Assembly (NCBI GenBank): GCA_016748015.1
Contig: JAAOMT010000386.1
Location: 1 to 64,000, forward strand
Source: Geosiphon pyriformis uo1
Taxonomy: Eukaryota; Fungi; Glomeromycota
DNA length: 64,000 nt
Direction: 5' to 3'
The translations under genes were made by a program, and so were the position numbers. The stretch's first letter is position 1. Every line of letters starts with the position of its first letter. The notes under the pieces are model-generated. The model did not search any database, was not told the DNA's origin, and was given only the letters and a program-made list of their open reading frames with translations. Positions 10,785-24,608 of the stretch are shown one piece after another.

Positions 10785-13700
10785 TATATGCTGTTTAAAC
10801 AAATATTCAAAAGATCACTTAATTCAATTGACATTATGATGGCCTAGTAATCTGTATTAAAAAAATCAAAAATAAGATCAATACTATGGTCAGCAACTAC
10901 AGAAGACAAACAATTATTAATGAAAATATAATCTATAACCTTTTTAATCCCTTTTATATTGTTTTAAGTAAAAATCTTGACCAATAGATGCTTACCCAAC
11001 AAGTTGGCCAAACTTAAGCTTAAACAAAATCTGAAACTTGCATATTTTTTAGACTCATCTTTATTAAAATTACCATTCAAAATAACAAAAAAAAACTTAT
11101 TTAGGGCCTTAGCAATTAATGAGTTAATCTTGTTAACTTAAACCAACTGTATTGTTAGTGTAGCTTTAATATAAAATCCCAAAATTGAAACAGAAATCTT
11201 ATTTTTAAAAAACAACTTGATAGACAAAAGCTGGCCAGTTATCTTAAAAACTTTGTACACATGTTTTGCCAGAACAATATTTATAATAATTACAATACCA
11301 AAACTCAAATAACCAAAGTTCAGACCAGAAATAAATACACAAACATTATTGAATCTATTAGCAATCCATAAATGACTCCTCTTTTTTAATTTTGTTTTAG
11401 TCACAATAGAAATTAAATTATTTATATTTTTGTGCCAATAAATAATATCTGTTTGCTTAATAAGATTGTTTATACTTTTAATATTGCACATAGCTATTTT
11501 CCAAATAAAATTAGTCATTAAGAAAAACAATCATCAAAATTCAAACCAATATTGTTTATTTTGGCTATTAGACTTATAATTATGTCTGACAAATTGTCTA
11601 TGTTTCTTTTTAATTTTAAGACAACTAATAAATCAAAAACCACTGCTTTTACAACATTTCTGCCACTAGTAGCTACATTTAAACTCTCACTTATTACTAT
11701 ATCTGTCTCTTAATTCTGTAACAAAAGAGTTAATAACAGTTAATATTTAAGACTAGACTGAGAAACTATTGGTTTAAGTGTATCTAACTTCTTAACCAGT
11801 TCACTAATCTGCTTTATAAGGCTAGCAAAACTGCACTCAAGAATGACAAACTTACTATTTATTTCTTTAAAAACTGATAGAATAGGCTTTACTTTCAAAG
11901 AAAAGTCAGAATTCAATAAACTATTACATATAAAAAAAGAAAAAAAAAATTACCAACAATTTTTGCCCAAGAAACATCACCAAAAGTAACCAGATAAATA
12001 ATAAAAGCAAAACATTTGGCATAAATAGTAGCCAATCTGCTTTTATTTGTGTTCAAAAAAAAATCTTGTAAGAGGAATTACCAAAAAAAAAATTTTTACT
12101 TATAGAACAGCCCAATAATATTCTCATATTTTGTATACTTGGCAAAATTCAGATAAGATCAGTGTAAATTAATGTTTTTTAATACTGACATGGTTTTTAT
12201 AATAGCATTAAGTAACTTTACTGAATTGAAGCAAACAATAGCATATTTGAATTGGGCATATGTAACTAAGTATTAATTAATAACATATATTTTTTCACCA
12301 ATTGATCTAGATGTTATAAGCATCTGTTTTTATTGGCAATATATAGAGCAGTATTTTATTACAGTTCTTTGCATTTCATAAATTTTTGTTTTTATCAGCC
12401 TTTGTTATATGTACAGTATTCTTCCCAATAAGAATAAACTATTTTGCCATAACCAAATCAGCATGCTCTATTTGCTTAAACTTAACTATAGCTTTTTGTT
12501 ATATTCTTATCAACTGCATCTTAATTAACTTAATTATACCAAACTCAAATAATACAACATATATAGCCTCAGCTAATGTTTTAATTAGAATTTTTTTTAT
12601 CACTACAGCTTAATTTGAATGTTTAGTAAACATCTTAAGATTGGTGTTTACCAGAATTTTTACTCTTTTAGTCTTATCAGTAGCCTGTTCTAAACTTGAT
12701 TTAGAAATAAATATTACTCTAATAATTTCAGCAAATTTTAAGAAAGTGAATGTTTTCTTAAAACTATTAATTTCTGAAAACAGTTTTCTAATCACTGCAT
12801 ATTTCTCCTAAAATGTTTTTTCAACAATCTTATCTAATCTAATATTTAGAGCAAAAGACTTTCTAACAAGAATATTAACCAGAATTTTGAGAAAAAAAAA
12901 AGCATTAAAGGAAATTCAATAGAATATTATCATCATTACTCAAGAAATTTATTTTTTTTAATGGCTTTTCTAAGACTTTTTTGATATTTACTCATGAATT
13001 TTTTGGTGTTTGATTCGAATTTTCTTTAACAAAAGTGTTTTTTTTATTATAGTCAATACCAATTTTCTTGACCAGATATTTTTTTTTATGTCAACACTAT
13101 CAGATTTAATAGTATTATTAGCTTTTGAGTCTTATAAATAACTACCAAATCCTTTAACAGAAATTTTATTATTATTAATACTGTTTTTTAAACATTACCT
13201 CTTTTTTTTGATAAAATAGGTTTGATAATAATACCAGTACCAGAATCTTTAATAATCTTCTTTATAACAGTAATACAAGAGCCAACAGTAGCCTTATAAT
13301 TGAGCAGAAACAGTTTGGATTTATTGTACTGAATAATTAAAACTTCTTTTCAATAAATATACTTTTTTAGTAAATTTAGAATATAAAAGAAAAAAAAAAG
13401 TTTTAAATTTATTGTTTAAATTTTTGCTATTATATTTACAAAATTATAAAATTGATAATAATTAATTTATTGCTTAAATTTTTTATAATATTTTGTTTTT
13501 ATAAAGTTAGAATTGACTGATTTTTTTAAATTGTATTTAATTTTTTTAAAAATATTTGTATAATAATTTTACGAATTTTAGATAATTAGTTCTTGTAAAT
13601 TTTGTTTTGTTATTTTTATTAATTAAATTTAATAATAATTTTGTTTTTTGTAAATTATATTTTACAAAAAACAGCAAATATTATAGATAGTTAGATAATA

Positions 13701-14440
13701 TATTAATATATAAATTAATAGTTTTATGTTGTTAATTAATTTAAAGATTTTAGTTTATTTAAAGATTTTAATAATTGAATTTTTTGTATAAATAAATAAA
13801 AATTTAATAATAATAATAGATAATACTTGGTTTTTAATTTTTTTTACATAATAATTGGTTTATTTTAAAGTTTTTTTCTTTCTAGTAAATAATTTAATTA
13901 ATTAATTTTATGTCTATTTCTGTATTTTATTAAATAATTTTTAATAATATAATTTTACTTTTTTTTTAATTAATTAGTAAATAAAAACAAAACAAAAAAA
14001 TATAAATTAATATTTTATTAATAGCTATTGTTTTAATATAATTAATAATATTGCTTTGATACTATTAATATCAAATTAAAAATAAGTAACTTTTAACAAG
14101 ATAAATATAAATTTATAAAAAATTAAATATAAAATAATTTGAATAATAATTTTATTTAGATAAATGTTTAAAGTATTATATTTTAAACTGTTAAAATTAT
14201 TTGAATAAAAATAAATTGAACTTGTTGTTTTTTTCTGTTTTTATAGTTAATATTATATTTATATAAACTTTATAATATGAAATTTTTAAAATTCTTAATA
14301 AATCTTATATTTTTTTTAAATTATTACTAAATTTTTTGGTATTTTTATTAATATTTTTAGAATTTTTAATATTATTTATTTTAATAATTTATATTATATT
14401 ATTGGCTAATTATTTTATATTTTATTTACTATTTTTTTTT

Positions 14441-16740
14441 GTTTTATTTTATTTTATTTTATTTTATTATCATTTAATGAGCAAGACCCAAATACTACCT
14501 AAACTATAATATCACAGAAAGAATTACATTATAGACATACATTATGCGTTTTCTACACGTGATCAGACACTCGGCCCAATTAAGGACTCACTACGCTGAA
14601 TCAAAAGTAGGTGGGAATAATCCCAACTCACGAATTCTCTCAATGATACCATTCAGATTTCTAGAGTCAAAAATAAACTCACTAAGAAACATCTTAGTAG
14701 ACTCAATATTGCCTCTGGTTTCAGCATCAGACATATGCCACAAAGCAATAACATGCTCAATAGTGTCTTCACTTAAAAAGAAAGGCTTAGCAGCCAAAAC
14801 ACCATCATAATCCATACCACCAAAGTCAACTTCAGATCTAAGACAAGCAATGTCTTTAGAAACTCCAACCATAAGGTTAGCAAAATTGTTAGCAGCACTT
14901 TTCATGGAAACAATATCTTTCTCGACTTGAACAGCCTTAATGGCATTATCATCAAGAAAACAAGACACCAAAGCAACCAAAGAACCAATAGGCTCAACAA
15001 TAGACTTAACCAGAGCAGCCAAATCCGAAATCTGCTTTTCCAAAAAGTCCAATCTAGAACCAACAGCAGAATCAGCAACAGAAGCAGCCAAAGGAGCCAC
15101 CAAAGGAGGAAACTCAGAAAGACCAGAAGGAGCAGCAGTCTTGGTATATGAAGCAGAACCCACAAAACAAAACTTGAAAACCTTGGGAACCTTAAGAGTG
15201 GGGGGTGGAGAAATTTTGCAATTCACGGCCAGATAGCCCATTTCTTGACACCTAAAGCAGTGCCAGCAGCCAGAAGTTTCCCACCAGATACAGCATTTCC
15301 TTAGAGTACCAATCTTGACTACAGCAGAATCTAAATCACCTTGAGAGTCAAATGTAACCAAAGCAAACCAGAAACAACAACCAGAATCAGGAGAATAAGG
15401 GATGAAACATGTTCGACCACCAATTTAAGAAATCATATCACTGATTTCAAAGGCGGTACAGCCAGGGGGAAGGTTAACCAATTTGGCCTTAAACTTATCA
15501 CAAGACAAAATAGTCTTATTTTGATTCACCAGAGGGAGAATTTTAACACTATCTTTGCCTATCAAGACTGACCAATGCTTCAAGGCAAATACAGCAGAGT
15601 CCAACTTTTCAAAATAAATCACCACATACTGCCAAATGCCAGCAGGCTTCAGCACAACACGAGTGACACCACCAAACACACTGAGAGCCAACTTAACATC
15701 AGCAGCAGATACACCTAAAGGCACATCACGCAGTGCAACAGCAGCAAGAGAGGAACCAGATTCAGAAACCACCAAAGACTTGGCAATTTTGAGAGTGGTC
15801 AAATGAACAGAGCTTGTAAGCTCAACCAGAAACGCAGCTTCTAAAGATTGTTGAGAAGCAAACTCCATACAGAAAAGCTTCACATTGTCTTTTGAAATAG
15901 ACTTAACACCCAAAAAACCATGCACAGACTGAAAAACAGCCTTAACATGAGCCAATTTGATCTTAAAAGTAGCACCAGGCATCAGAGTGAAGGCCATCCA
16001 CCCAGCAAACCTTTAACGACTAGTAATAGTTTCTCAAGGACCACCAGAAGTAGCACCAGAAACTAGAAGAGAAGATGAATCAGTTTCTATTTAATCAGCC
16101 CAGTTCCCAAGAACAGATAACCCAACAGAAGAAGATTGTTTTGTTTCTAAAACTGGTGATGATCTGCTGAAAAACACCACATTTGGCAACACAGCCAGTG
16201 GTTGATCTTGGCCCATCTTGGATGACATGCCGGATGATGCTACAGAGATCTCATCTAAGATCTCATTAGGAACCACAAAGGAGTTCGGTGTAACAATAGC
16301 AGAGGCAAGCGACTGCTCCCACTTTTCTGAACTTTTGGTTTTTTTGATCTTTTTTTTTGAAGAGGTGATACTAGAAGCACCAGGTGTTGAATCTATATAG
16401 GGGAAGACCAGCTTATTCACTGGTCTATTATTAAAAACTTTTGGGCTCTTGGTTGGGGTGGAGGCAACACTGGGACTAACCCAGATGTGTCTTTTTGAGG
16501 GGATTTTGACTGGTGAGAAACCAACCAAAGATGAAGAAGTTGCTTCAGTGGCTACCAAAGACAGCTTATCATGATTACTGGATAAGAAAAAGGCTTCTAA
16601 AACGTTTTGCCTAGTTGCTTCTACAACAGAGAGAGCTCTTCTGGTTGAAATTTTATTAGATATCTCAGGACAGATATTAGGTGCAGCTTTTTTACTCTTT
16701 GTTCTGGTTATGGTCATAAAATTAAGAAGACAAAGAGTCG
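14441..16740 (-). mobile_element. ORF1-only non-autonomous LINE derivative (HAL1-like 'half-LINE')
   Basis: One long ORF1-like frame is followed directly by a ~110-nt 3' UTR similar to that of LINE E, an ATTAAA signal and an (AAAAT)n tail. No ORF2 is present. Confidence 0.75.
14591..16717 (-). pseudogene. LINE ORF1-like protein (~708 aa): Ser-rich N-terminus, RRM-like region, CCHC knuckle, coiled coil, extra C-terminal helical domain
   Basis: ORFs starting at 16717, 15997 and 15361 share one frame with a few TAA/TGA breaks. LxDVPLG, WSVLIGKD, LPPGCTAFEI and CFRCQEMGYLAVNC match LINE E ORF1 motifs (IKEIPVD, WFVLIRKN, LPVGTSAHDL, CTKCEQFGHTTTNC). Confidence 0.8.
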
Positions 16741-17284
16741 TTTTATTTATTTTATAAGTAATATTGTTATTAAAATTGTGAAAATACTTATATAATTGTA
16801 TTTAATAAAAAATTTATTGAAATTAATATAATAATTATATATATATAAATTATTATAAATATTATTTTGACTAAAGTCTTAAATAAATCTTAATTATTAA
16901 ATTTATTACTTAAAATTTTGAAAAATAGTCAAAATATGTATTAATTATTATATTATCAAAAAAATCACTATAATAATTAATATTTATAAAATTTATTATT
17001 ATGAATCTTATAATAACTATAAAAAATTTATATTTGCGATTATTATTAAAAACTTAAACATATTTAATAAATTATAAAATATAATTAGCTAATAAAAAAT
17101 AATAAAATAAAATAAAATTATTATTAATATTTATTAAACTTTAATTTATAAATTAAAAACTTTGTAAAAACAATACTTATTTTATATATATATATATAAA
17201 TTGCTTTTTATTTTTTTGTTTAATAATATTAAATTAATTATATAATTAAATAATACTATTTAATTTGCTAAAATTAAAAATCTA

Positions 17285-18130
17285 ATGAATCGAATTAAAC
17301 TAAACTTTAAATATTATTTGAATTTGGTTTGAATTATAAACTAAACTTAAATTGAACTAAATTTTCAAAGTAGATTCAGTTTAAGTTTAAAGTTGAATTT
17401 TTTTAACAAATCTAAATTTAATTTGAGTTTAATTTAAAGTTCACAAACTTGTTTAAGTTTAATGATTAGTTAAAAAAATATATAAAACTGACAACTTTGC
17501 TTTCTAATTTATCAAAATAAATTTATATTTAATGTTTTTAAAGATTTAAAATCTAAAATAACAGAATTTAATAACTCAAATAGTTCAAATATTAATATCT
17601 TTGATAAGTTTAATTTTCAAAATAAAATATATGGCTATTTTAATAAGTTTGAGTAAACAAAAAAAACAGTTAAATATATAGTCTCAAAATATATGTATAA
17701 ACTATTTTTTTGTAGAATTATGAATATTACCAAACTTTTATAATACTATTTAAAGCTTTTTTACTAAATAGTATATATTACAACAAAAAAATATTATAAA
17801 AAAAAACAAAATGTTTAAAAAAATTACAAGTCAATTGAAAAATATTTCAACATATAAGATTGCTATTTTTTTAACAGTGTTTTCAATTATAAATACAAAA
17901 ATTATTAAAAAAAATTAATTAATATAATATAATTTTTAATAGCTAAACTTAAACATGTTTATAAACTTTAAATCAAACTTGAATTGAACTTGTTTAAGTT
18001 TAAGATAGGTTTAGATTTAATAATTTTAAGTTCAGTTCAAATTCAAATTCAAAACTTAGCCAAAATTTCTGTTAAAATTTGGTTTGATTTAATAGTTTGA
18101 TTAAATTTAAACTGAAGTAAACCAAATATC
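17285..18130. mobile_element. decayed foldback/MITE-like relic with inverted repeats
   Basis: 17411-17461 (...TTTAATTTAAAGTTCACAAACTTGTTTAAGTTTA) matches the reverse complement of ~17944-17995 (...TTTGATTTAAAGTTTATAAACATGTTTAAGTTTA). Clusters of AAACTTGAA/TTCAAGTT-like motifs occur at both ends. Confidence 0.45.
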
Positions 18131-19599
18131 AAAACTCCAACTAAAATATTATAAAAAACTGTTTTAAATATAATAAAATTAGCTAATTTAACTATATTAT
18201 AAGTTAATAATATTCAATAAAAAATAAAAATTGTTTATTTAATATAAATAATATTTTAATTAATAATAATAATAATAATAATTTTTTATATTATTAAACC
18301 AGTTTTAAACATTATTTTTTTTTGCAAATTTTTTGAATTTAGTAATAAATATATATATTAAAAATATTATTAATAAAACATAATTTTTAATAATTAAAAT
18401 TTTTAAACTATTAATAAGTTTATTAGCATTGTTAAAATTAAAGTTTTTATTAATTTAATAGAATCTATAATAATAAAGTTTGATATATAGTTTTTAAATT
18501 AACTAATATAGTTTCTAATTTTTAATATTTTTTTTTGTTGTTTTTGTTATTAATAAGTTAGTTCAAAATTTAATAAAAAAATAATAATTATAACAATAAT
18601 AAAATTAATAATTAAAATTTTAATTTATTAAATAATATTTATATTAATTAAATATATATTATTTTTTATATTTTTTAATAAAATTTGAATTGGTTTTTTA
18701 ATATATAATAATATAATAAATTTTATACAATAGTATTTGTTGTTTTTATAAAATAAAATTATTTTTGTTATTATAATTATATATTCTTTAATTTTAAAAA
18801 TTTACTTAATTATATTAATTATATTATTTATATGATAATATATTTTTATTAAACTTATTATAAAATTATAAAATTAATGTTTTTTTAAATATTATTAAAG
18901 CTTTTTATTAAATTTTGATTTACTAAATCTAAAATTTTTTAAAATATGATTAATATATTTATAAATATAAAAATTAAATATTTATTGAGTTAAAATACAA
19001 TTATTTTAATAATATAAATTTTTATAATAATAATTATAGAATTATTTTGGTAAATAAAAAATAATTTGATTTAATATATATTAATTTTATTATTTTGCTA
19101 TTTATTTATTATAGTATTTTAGTTTTTAGAATTATACTTTACAAAAATATTATAATATAATATTATTATGTAAATAATATTTAAGAGTTTTAAAAATTTA
19201 AAAATCTTAATTAAGTTTTTTAGTATAATAAACAGATATTTAATAGTTTTTAACAGTTTTTATGTTTAATATTTTTTGTTTTTCTTAATAAATTTATTTT
19301 AGTAGTTTTATTTTTTAATTTTAATTAATTTATATATTTTTATCAAATTATTTATAATCTTATATTTTAAATACTATTTTTTAACAAATTAGTTTTTATA
19401 ATAATACAATAAATTATAATAAATATAGTATAAATATTTTAAAAACATTAAATATTGTATTATTGATAAAATTTTTAATATATATATTATATAATATATT
19501 AAAAAATATAAAAATAATTTATTAATTAAATAACAAATTATATAATTATTATATAATAATGAATAAAAACTTCTTTTTTTTTGGTCTAAAATTCTCAAA

Positions 19600-19945
19600 A
19601 AAAGTTAAAAAAGTTTTTTGAAAGAAATTTTTTACTATTCAATACAATAAATCCAAACTGTTTTTGCTCAATTATGAGATTATTGTTGGTTTTAGTATTG
19701 CTATCATAAAAAAGACTGTTAAAAAATCCAGTTTAGCTGTTGGTTTCAAACTTGTGCTGTTAAAAAAGAAGAGAAAAGATGGTATTTTAAAAGATAATGT
19801 CAAGACTAAAAAAGTTTCTGTTAAAATGTTGAGTGATTATTCTTGAAATTCAAAAGCTAGCAATACCACTAAATCTGATAGGGTTAACATGAAAAAGGAA
19901 TGTTTGATTGAGAAAACCAGTTTTGATTATAATAGTGGAAGTTAT
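19600..19945 (+). mobile_element. 5' fragment of a LINE (5' UTR + ORF1 N-terminus)
   Basis: LNYEIIVGFSIAIIKKTVKK...KKKRKDG...NMKKECLIEKTSFDY is homologous to the LINE F 5' end (reverse complement of ~13040-13320). Confidence 0.7.
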
Positions 19946-22900
19946 ATCTTAATACAATACAACTTCACCAAATGTTTTATATAATTAATAATAATAAAAA
20001 CAGTTTTCTTCTTCTTATTAAAAATCATGACAGCTTCAACATACTATTTACTTAACACAAATTTCTTATAAATTGCAGTATACAGACTTGCTTTTAAAAA
20101 ACATAGAAAAAGCAACTGTAAAACAGCAGAAAAGAACAAACAAAAAGCATTTACCAATAATACTTATTTCTTAGAAGCCTCAGCCAAAATGTTTTCCCAA
20201 ATACTAATATCTCTAGCACAAGTAAAAATGTAATTAGACAACTCTACCTTATTATACAGCAAACATAATATGTTAAAATACATCTTATTATACAACTTTT
20301 TTCTAACTATTATAAGTAGTCATTTATGCACAGTCTTTATTAAATATGTATGTTGGTTAGAAGATTTTCTACTAATAAACTTAAAAAACATGTACAAATC
20401 AGAATGCCAGACTCACATAGTAGTTATTCAATTCACTTTTTTTATTATCACACTTAGAACTACATTAAAACCAAGACCAGTTTTTTAATAAGCATAACAA
20501 ATAAATCTATATAAATTATAGACAAAATAACAAGCATTACCGAACACAACTGTCTTATTAGCTATCAAAAACTATTCACAAATTTCAGTCAACAATGAAA
20601 AAAAAAGTTAGCAGTCTTATCTATTATAATATTAGTCTGAATATTGCTAGAAATATTTAAATGTTTCTTAACTTTTATCTACATGACAGAAAAATTTTTA
20701 TTCTTAACCAAATTAGCAATATGTTTTTTTTCAATTCAATACTGATTGTAAAAGTCAGATGTAGCAAATAAAACCTTAGATAAACATGTATTAATTACAA
20801 ATTGGCTATCCAGATATAACAAAAAAACGAAATACATTCCAATACCAGTACAATAGTTTGTAATTTAGCTAATGTTAAAGACAAAAGCCCATGTACTTTT
20901 ATGCCAATACTCATATCTAAAGTTAGAAAATAAGCAGCCACTCCAATAATAATCTCAGCTAAATTAGTATATCTTAAAAAATTATCTGTATAGATCTTAA
21001 TAAAATTAGACTAAACCTTAAACAAACTTCTATATATATTAGAGAATTCTTCAGATATTAAAACATCTAATTCATATAATCTATAAGTATTAGCAAATTC
21101 AACTGTCAAAAAATTTATTTTACTTAAAAATACAGATACTAACTTGAACCAAAAAGGCATAAAGCTCCTAAAATCTAATTTTTTTTACTTCTAAAATATT
21201 TTTCAATCTATAATACTCTTTTTTTTGTCCAAAAGTTTGTCATTAAAAGCAATATTAAACCACTTTAAAAAAAAACAAAATTATAATACAGAGTCTTTCC
21301 CAAAATATTAAACATTAGAATCTTATCAAAACTATGAAAAAAACTAAACAAATTGTTTATTAAAGACAAATTATGTTCAAAAAAATCTTAACCACTCTGG
21401 CCAAAAATTGTTTATTGAATTAATACATAACTTAACAGAAAATTGCAAAAGATTCAAAAAAGACCATCTCAAGATCTGTAAATCCAAGAATTAATGCTTA
21501 AACAAATATTCAAAAATGCCCAATATATTGAAAAAAACAATTAAAAAAGCCAATTTTCTTTTAGACTGCATTTGCTTAAAGGGTTTTAGACTGTACAAAA
21601 ATAAATGATGCAAAATTTTATTAACAAAATCACATGGCAAACCAATTTTGGCCTTAAAATCTCTTTTATTTATCACATTTCATTTATAATACACATCTAA
21701 CAAAACAAAACAAAATTATAACTAATAACTAATTATAAGTTATAAGACAACTAACACTAAATAAGAAAACTATTTATCTGTAATTACTTTTTTTAATACC
21801 ACATTGGAAAAAAACTTGATATTTGTATGAGTCTAAACCAAACTAGGCTCAAAAAAACCCTCAATTAACAAAAAATATCTAAGTATTTATGTGATTTACC
21901 TTTCTTAGCAATCAAAATCAACAAGTTACTAATTATTAATAAAGTATTCTTAATATTTTAATTGATAAAATTAGCCATTGTTTTCTTATTATTAATTGAA
22001 ATATTATTAATATCAAAAAACTTATTTGCAATATTCAAAATAAACTACATAAAAGCTTGGTTATTCCTAACCCAAATAGTATTATTAATAAAAATATCAG
22101 CAACAAAAAATGAAGTTTTTTTGCTAATAGTCTTAATTTTATCAGTCTTGATCACAAACCAAGTATCAATTTAATATCTACATAAATGCTTATGTCTTTT
22201 AACCTTACACAAAAACAGATTATAAAAATTTTTTAAAGAAGAAAAAAAAAACTTTATTCTAATTCAATTTATCATGCACTCTGTAATTACTTGAAAGTCC
22301 AAAATCAATCATTATTTTATTGATTTAATTTTTATGTATATTGTTAAAAAATTCAATAAACTAATTGTATATTTTAATATACTGCAAACTAACTCTTAAA
22401 TAATATCACTCTATTAAATCATAAGTCTTTTATATATTCTAAAAAACCAATCAAAACTCTCTATTTTTTTCTAATACATTTTTAACTACTAATACAATAG
22501 CAAAAATAGAAAATTAAGTTGAAGTATCCTTTAATACCAAAAAGTTGTTATCACAAAAAACATCAAATTTGCTGTATGCTATGGATATCTAATTAGAGAA
22601 GATCTTAAACAAGATTTTTTTAGCTGTTTTAATCAATACAATAAGTCAAGTATTTGTTAAGACATTATTTTATTTATAAAATTTGAAGATTATAGAAACT
22701 CTTGCTCTTTTTCAAGAAATTAGAACTGCACTTAAAGTCAAACACAAATTCAATAATCTCAAAAAACATTTTAATATTACATTACCACAATGTTTCTAAA
22801 ATTTATTAGATATCTCAAACAATTCAGTAGTCTTATTATTTGGCAAATTACCAATTACTAAAGCTAATTTTTCCAAATTAATCTCACTTATTATATCAGA

Positions 22901-23585
22901 AAAGACACTATTATCTACATAATTTAAAGACATAAATTGGTGAATTCAAAGCTTAAGTATCCTTAAATACACTAACTGTTTTCTTGTTTATTTTTTCATA
23001 ATTTTATTAACTTTGAGCTTTATCTCCTTAAGTTCTATTACCAATTCATTTCCTATTACCAAATAACTTAACATAACTTTGTGAAAAAAGTTGTTTCAAA
23101 ATACTTTTTATTATTTGTCTCTTGTTAAAGCAAAAATTTTTCATATGTCACTCAATTATTTTTTTAATAATTGTATTCTTAAATACTTTTGACTTATAAT
23201 ATTTGGACTGCTAATATTTCTTCTTAACTAGTAACAAATGTTTAATAATGTTTATCAATCTTATATAATTTGAATTATATTGGTATTTTTAAATGTTTTA
23301 ATGTTATTAATCAACAACCAAACATTAACAAGATGCTTAAATTTTAACAGATCTTCAAAACACTATTTTTTTACAATTTTGACTACAAGCAGTTTTAACT
23401 TAAAAAATCTTGATAACAGTTTGTTTTTTTTACAATCAAATTCACTATACTAATATTTAGAGAACACTATATTAGCCAATTGTATCATAATTTTTTTTAG
23501 TACCTTTCATATTATATTTAAATTATTACAATATTCTGCCTTCTTAAATATATTAAACTCTGCCAACAACTTATTAAAAGTGCAT

Positions 23586-23905
23586 TGTTACTAGAGGTTT
23601 TTGGTCTCTTTTCTTGAATGTTGTTGATGTTAATTTGCTGTGAATTTACGTTTTCAGGAAGTAGTTGGACCTCCAGTAACTGAATTTATCTTCAAATTAT
23701 CTTTTATAATTTGAACTGCTGAACTTATAAGTGGAATGGCCAATTCCTTGCCAGTTACTTTATGTAGTTACATTGTAGTAAACATCAACTCTTTTCTAGA
23801 AATTGCTCATCTGAAAGCTCACTAAAAATGTGTAGTTACTTTGCTGTAAAAGTCAACTTTTCTACAGGAATCTTGTCTGTAGGCTACCCTAATAATTGTA
23901 ATAAG

Positions 23906-23972
<67 letters not shown>

Positions 23973-24594
23973 AAAAAATAGAATTTTAATTAAGGAAAAC
24001 GTTTTCTATCTAGGCCTGAAGTTATTAACAGATTACTGAAATTGGTAGCTAATTAATTTCAAAAAGTTAGTTGTGTTGAGAGAGTTTCAATTGTAATAAT
24101 CAGAAGATTTGGTTTTCGAATATTTAATTTTATTTGAATGTATAAAAGGTAATTTGTTCTAATTAAGATATTTAAAGTAAAATACTATGTTAAGATACTA
24201 TGAGAAGATACATTTTTTTAAAGAGAGAAGCTCTTCTTTTATACAACTTGTTGTAGTACTAGTCTTAAAACTTGCACTTTTCTCTTTGCTACAATTTGGG
24301 TAAACTAAAAATACATTTCAGCAAACTACAAGTTATTTCACTAAACTATTGATTATTTCGGCCAATTTTCATTAATTTCGGCGAATTTTGACTATATTAA
24401 ATGATTCAGAGTATTGTGTAATTTGATCATCTTAATTTCTATGATACAAATCGAATTATTGATTAAATAATGATATTTGATAATTTGATTAAACAATAAG
24501 TAATATTCAAAATAATAATAATATATGCTAATTAATAATAGGAATTATGAGGGTAATTTTATGCTAATTAATAGCTAAAATTCTACTGGTAACA
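23586..24594 (-). repeat. 3' LTR of B (contains a 62-nt poly(A) on the + strand at 23906-23967)
   Basis: Direct repeat of 32528-33497 with TG...CA ends. Confidence 0.93.
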
Positions 24595-24608
24595 GTATTT
24601 CTTCCTTA
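24595..24608 (-). other. polypurine tract of B
   Basis: Minus-strand TAAGGAAGAAATAC immediately precedes the 3' LTR start TGTTACC. Confidence 0.7.

Larger units (their letters stand above)
7644..13400 (-). mobile_element. LINE F (ORF1 + APE/RT ORF2), decayed, 3'-truncated, interrupted by Tc1
   Basis: ORF2 start MTNFIWKIAMCNIKSIN at 11518 (APE, VTKTKL). RT-region remnants LIETAQKILFKI and LQNIYKTYDLV. ORF1 remnants at 11520-13300. Homologous to LINE E; 5' boundary approximate. Confidence 0.85.

Noticed and set aside
14441-14449. GTTTTATTT as TSD of the half-LINE (also at 16740-16748)
   Set aside because: It is low-complexity and overlaps the tail, so it is not reliable.
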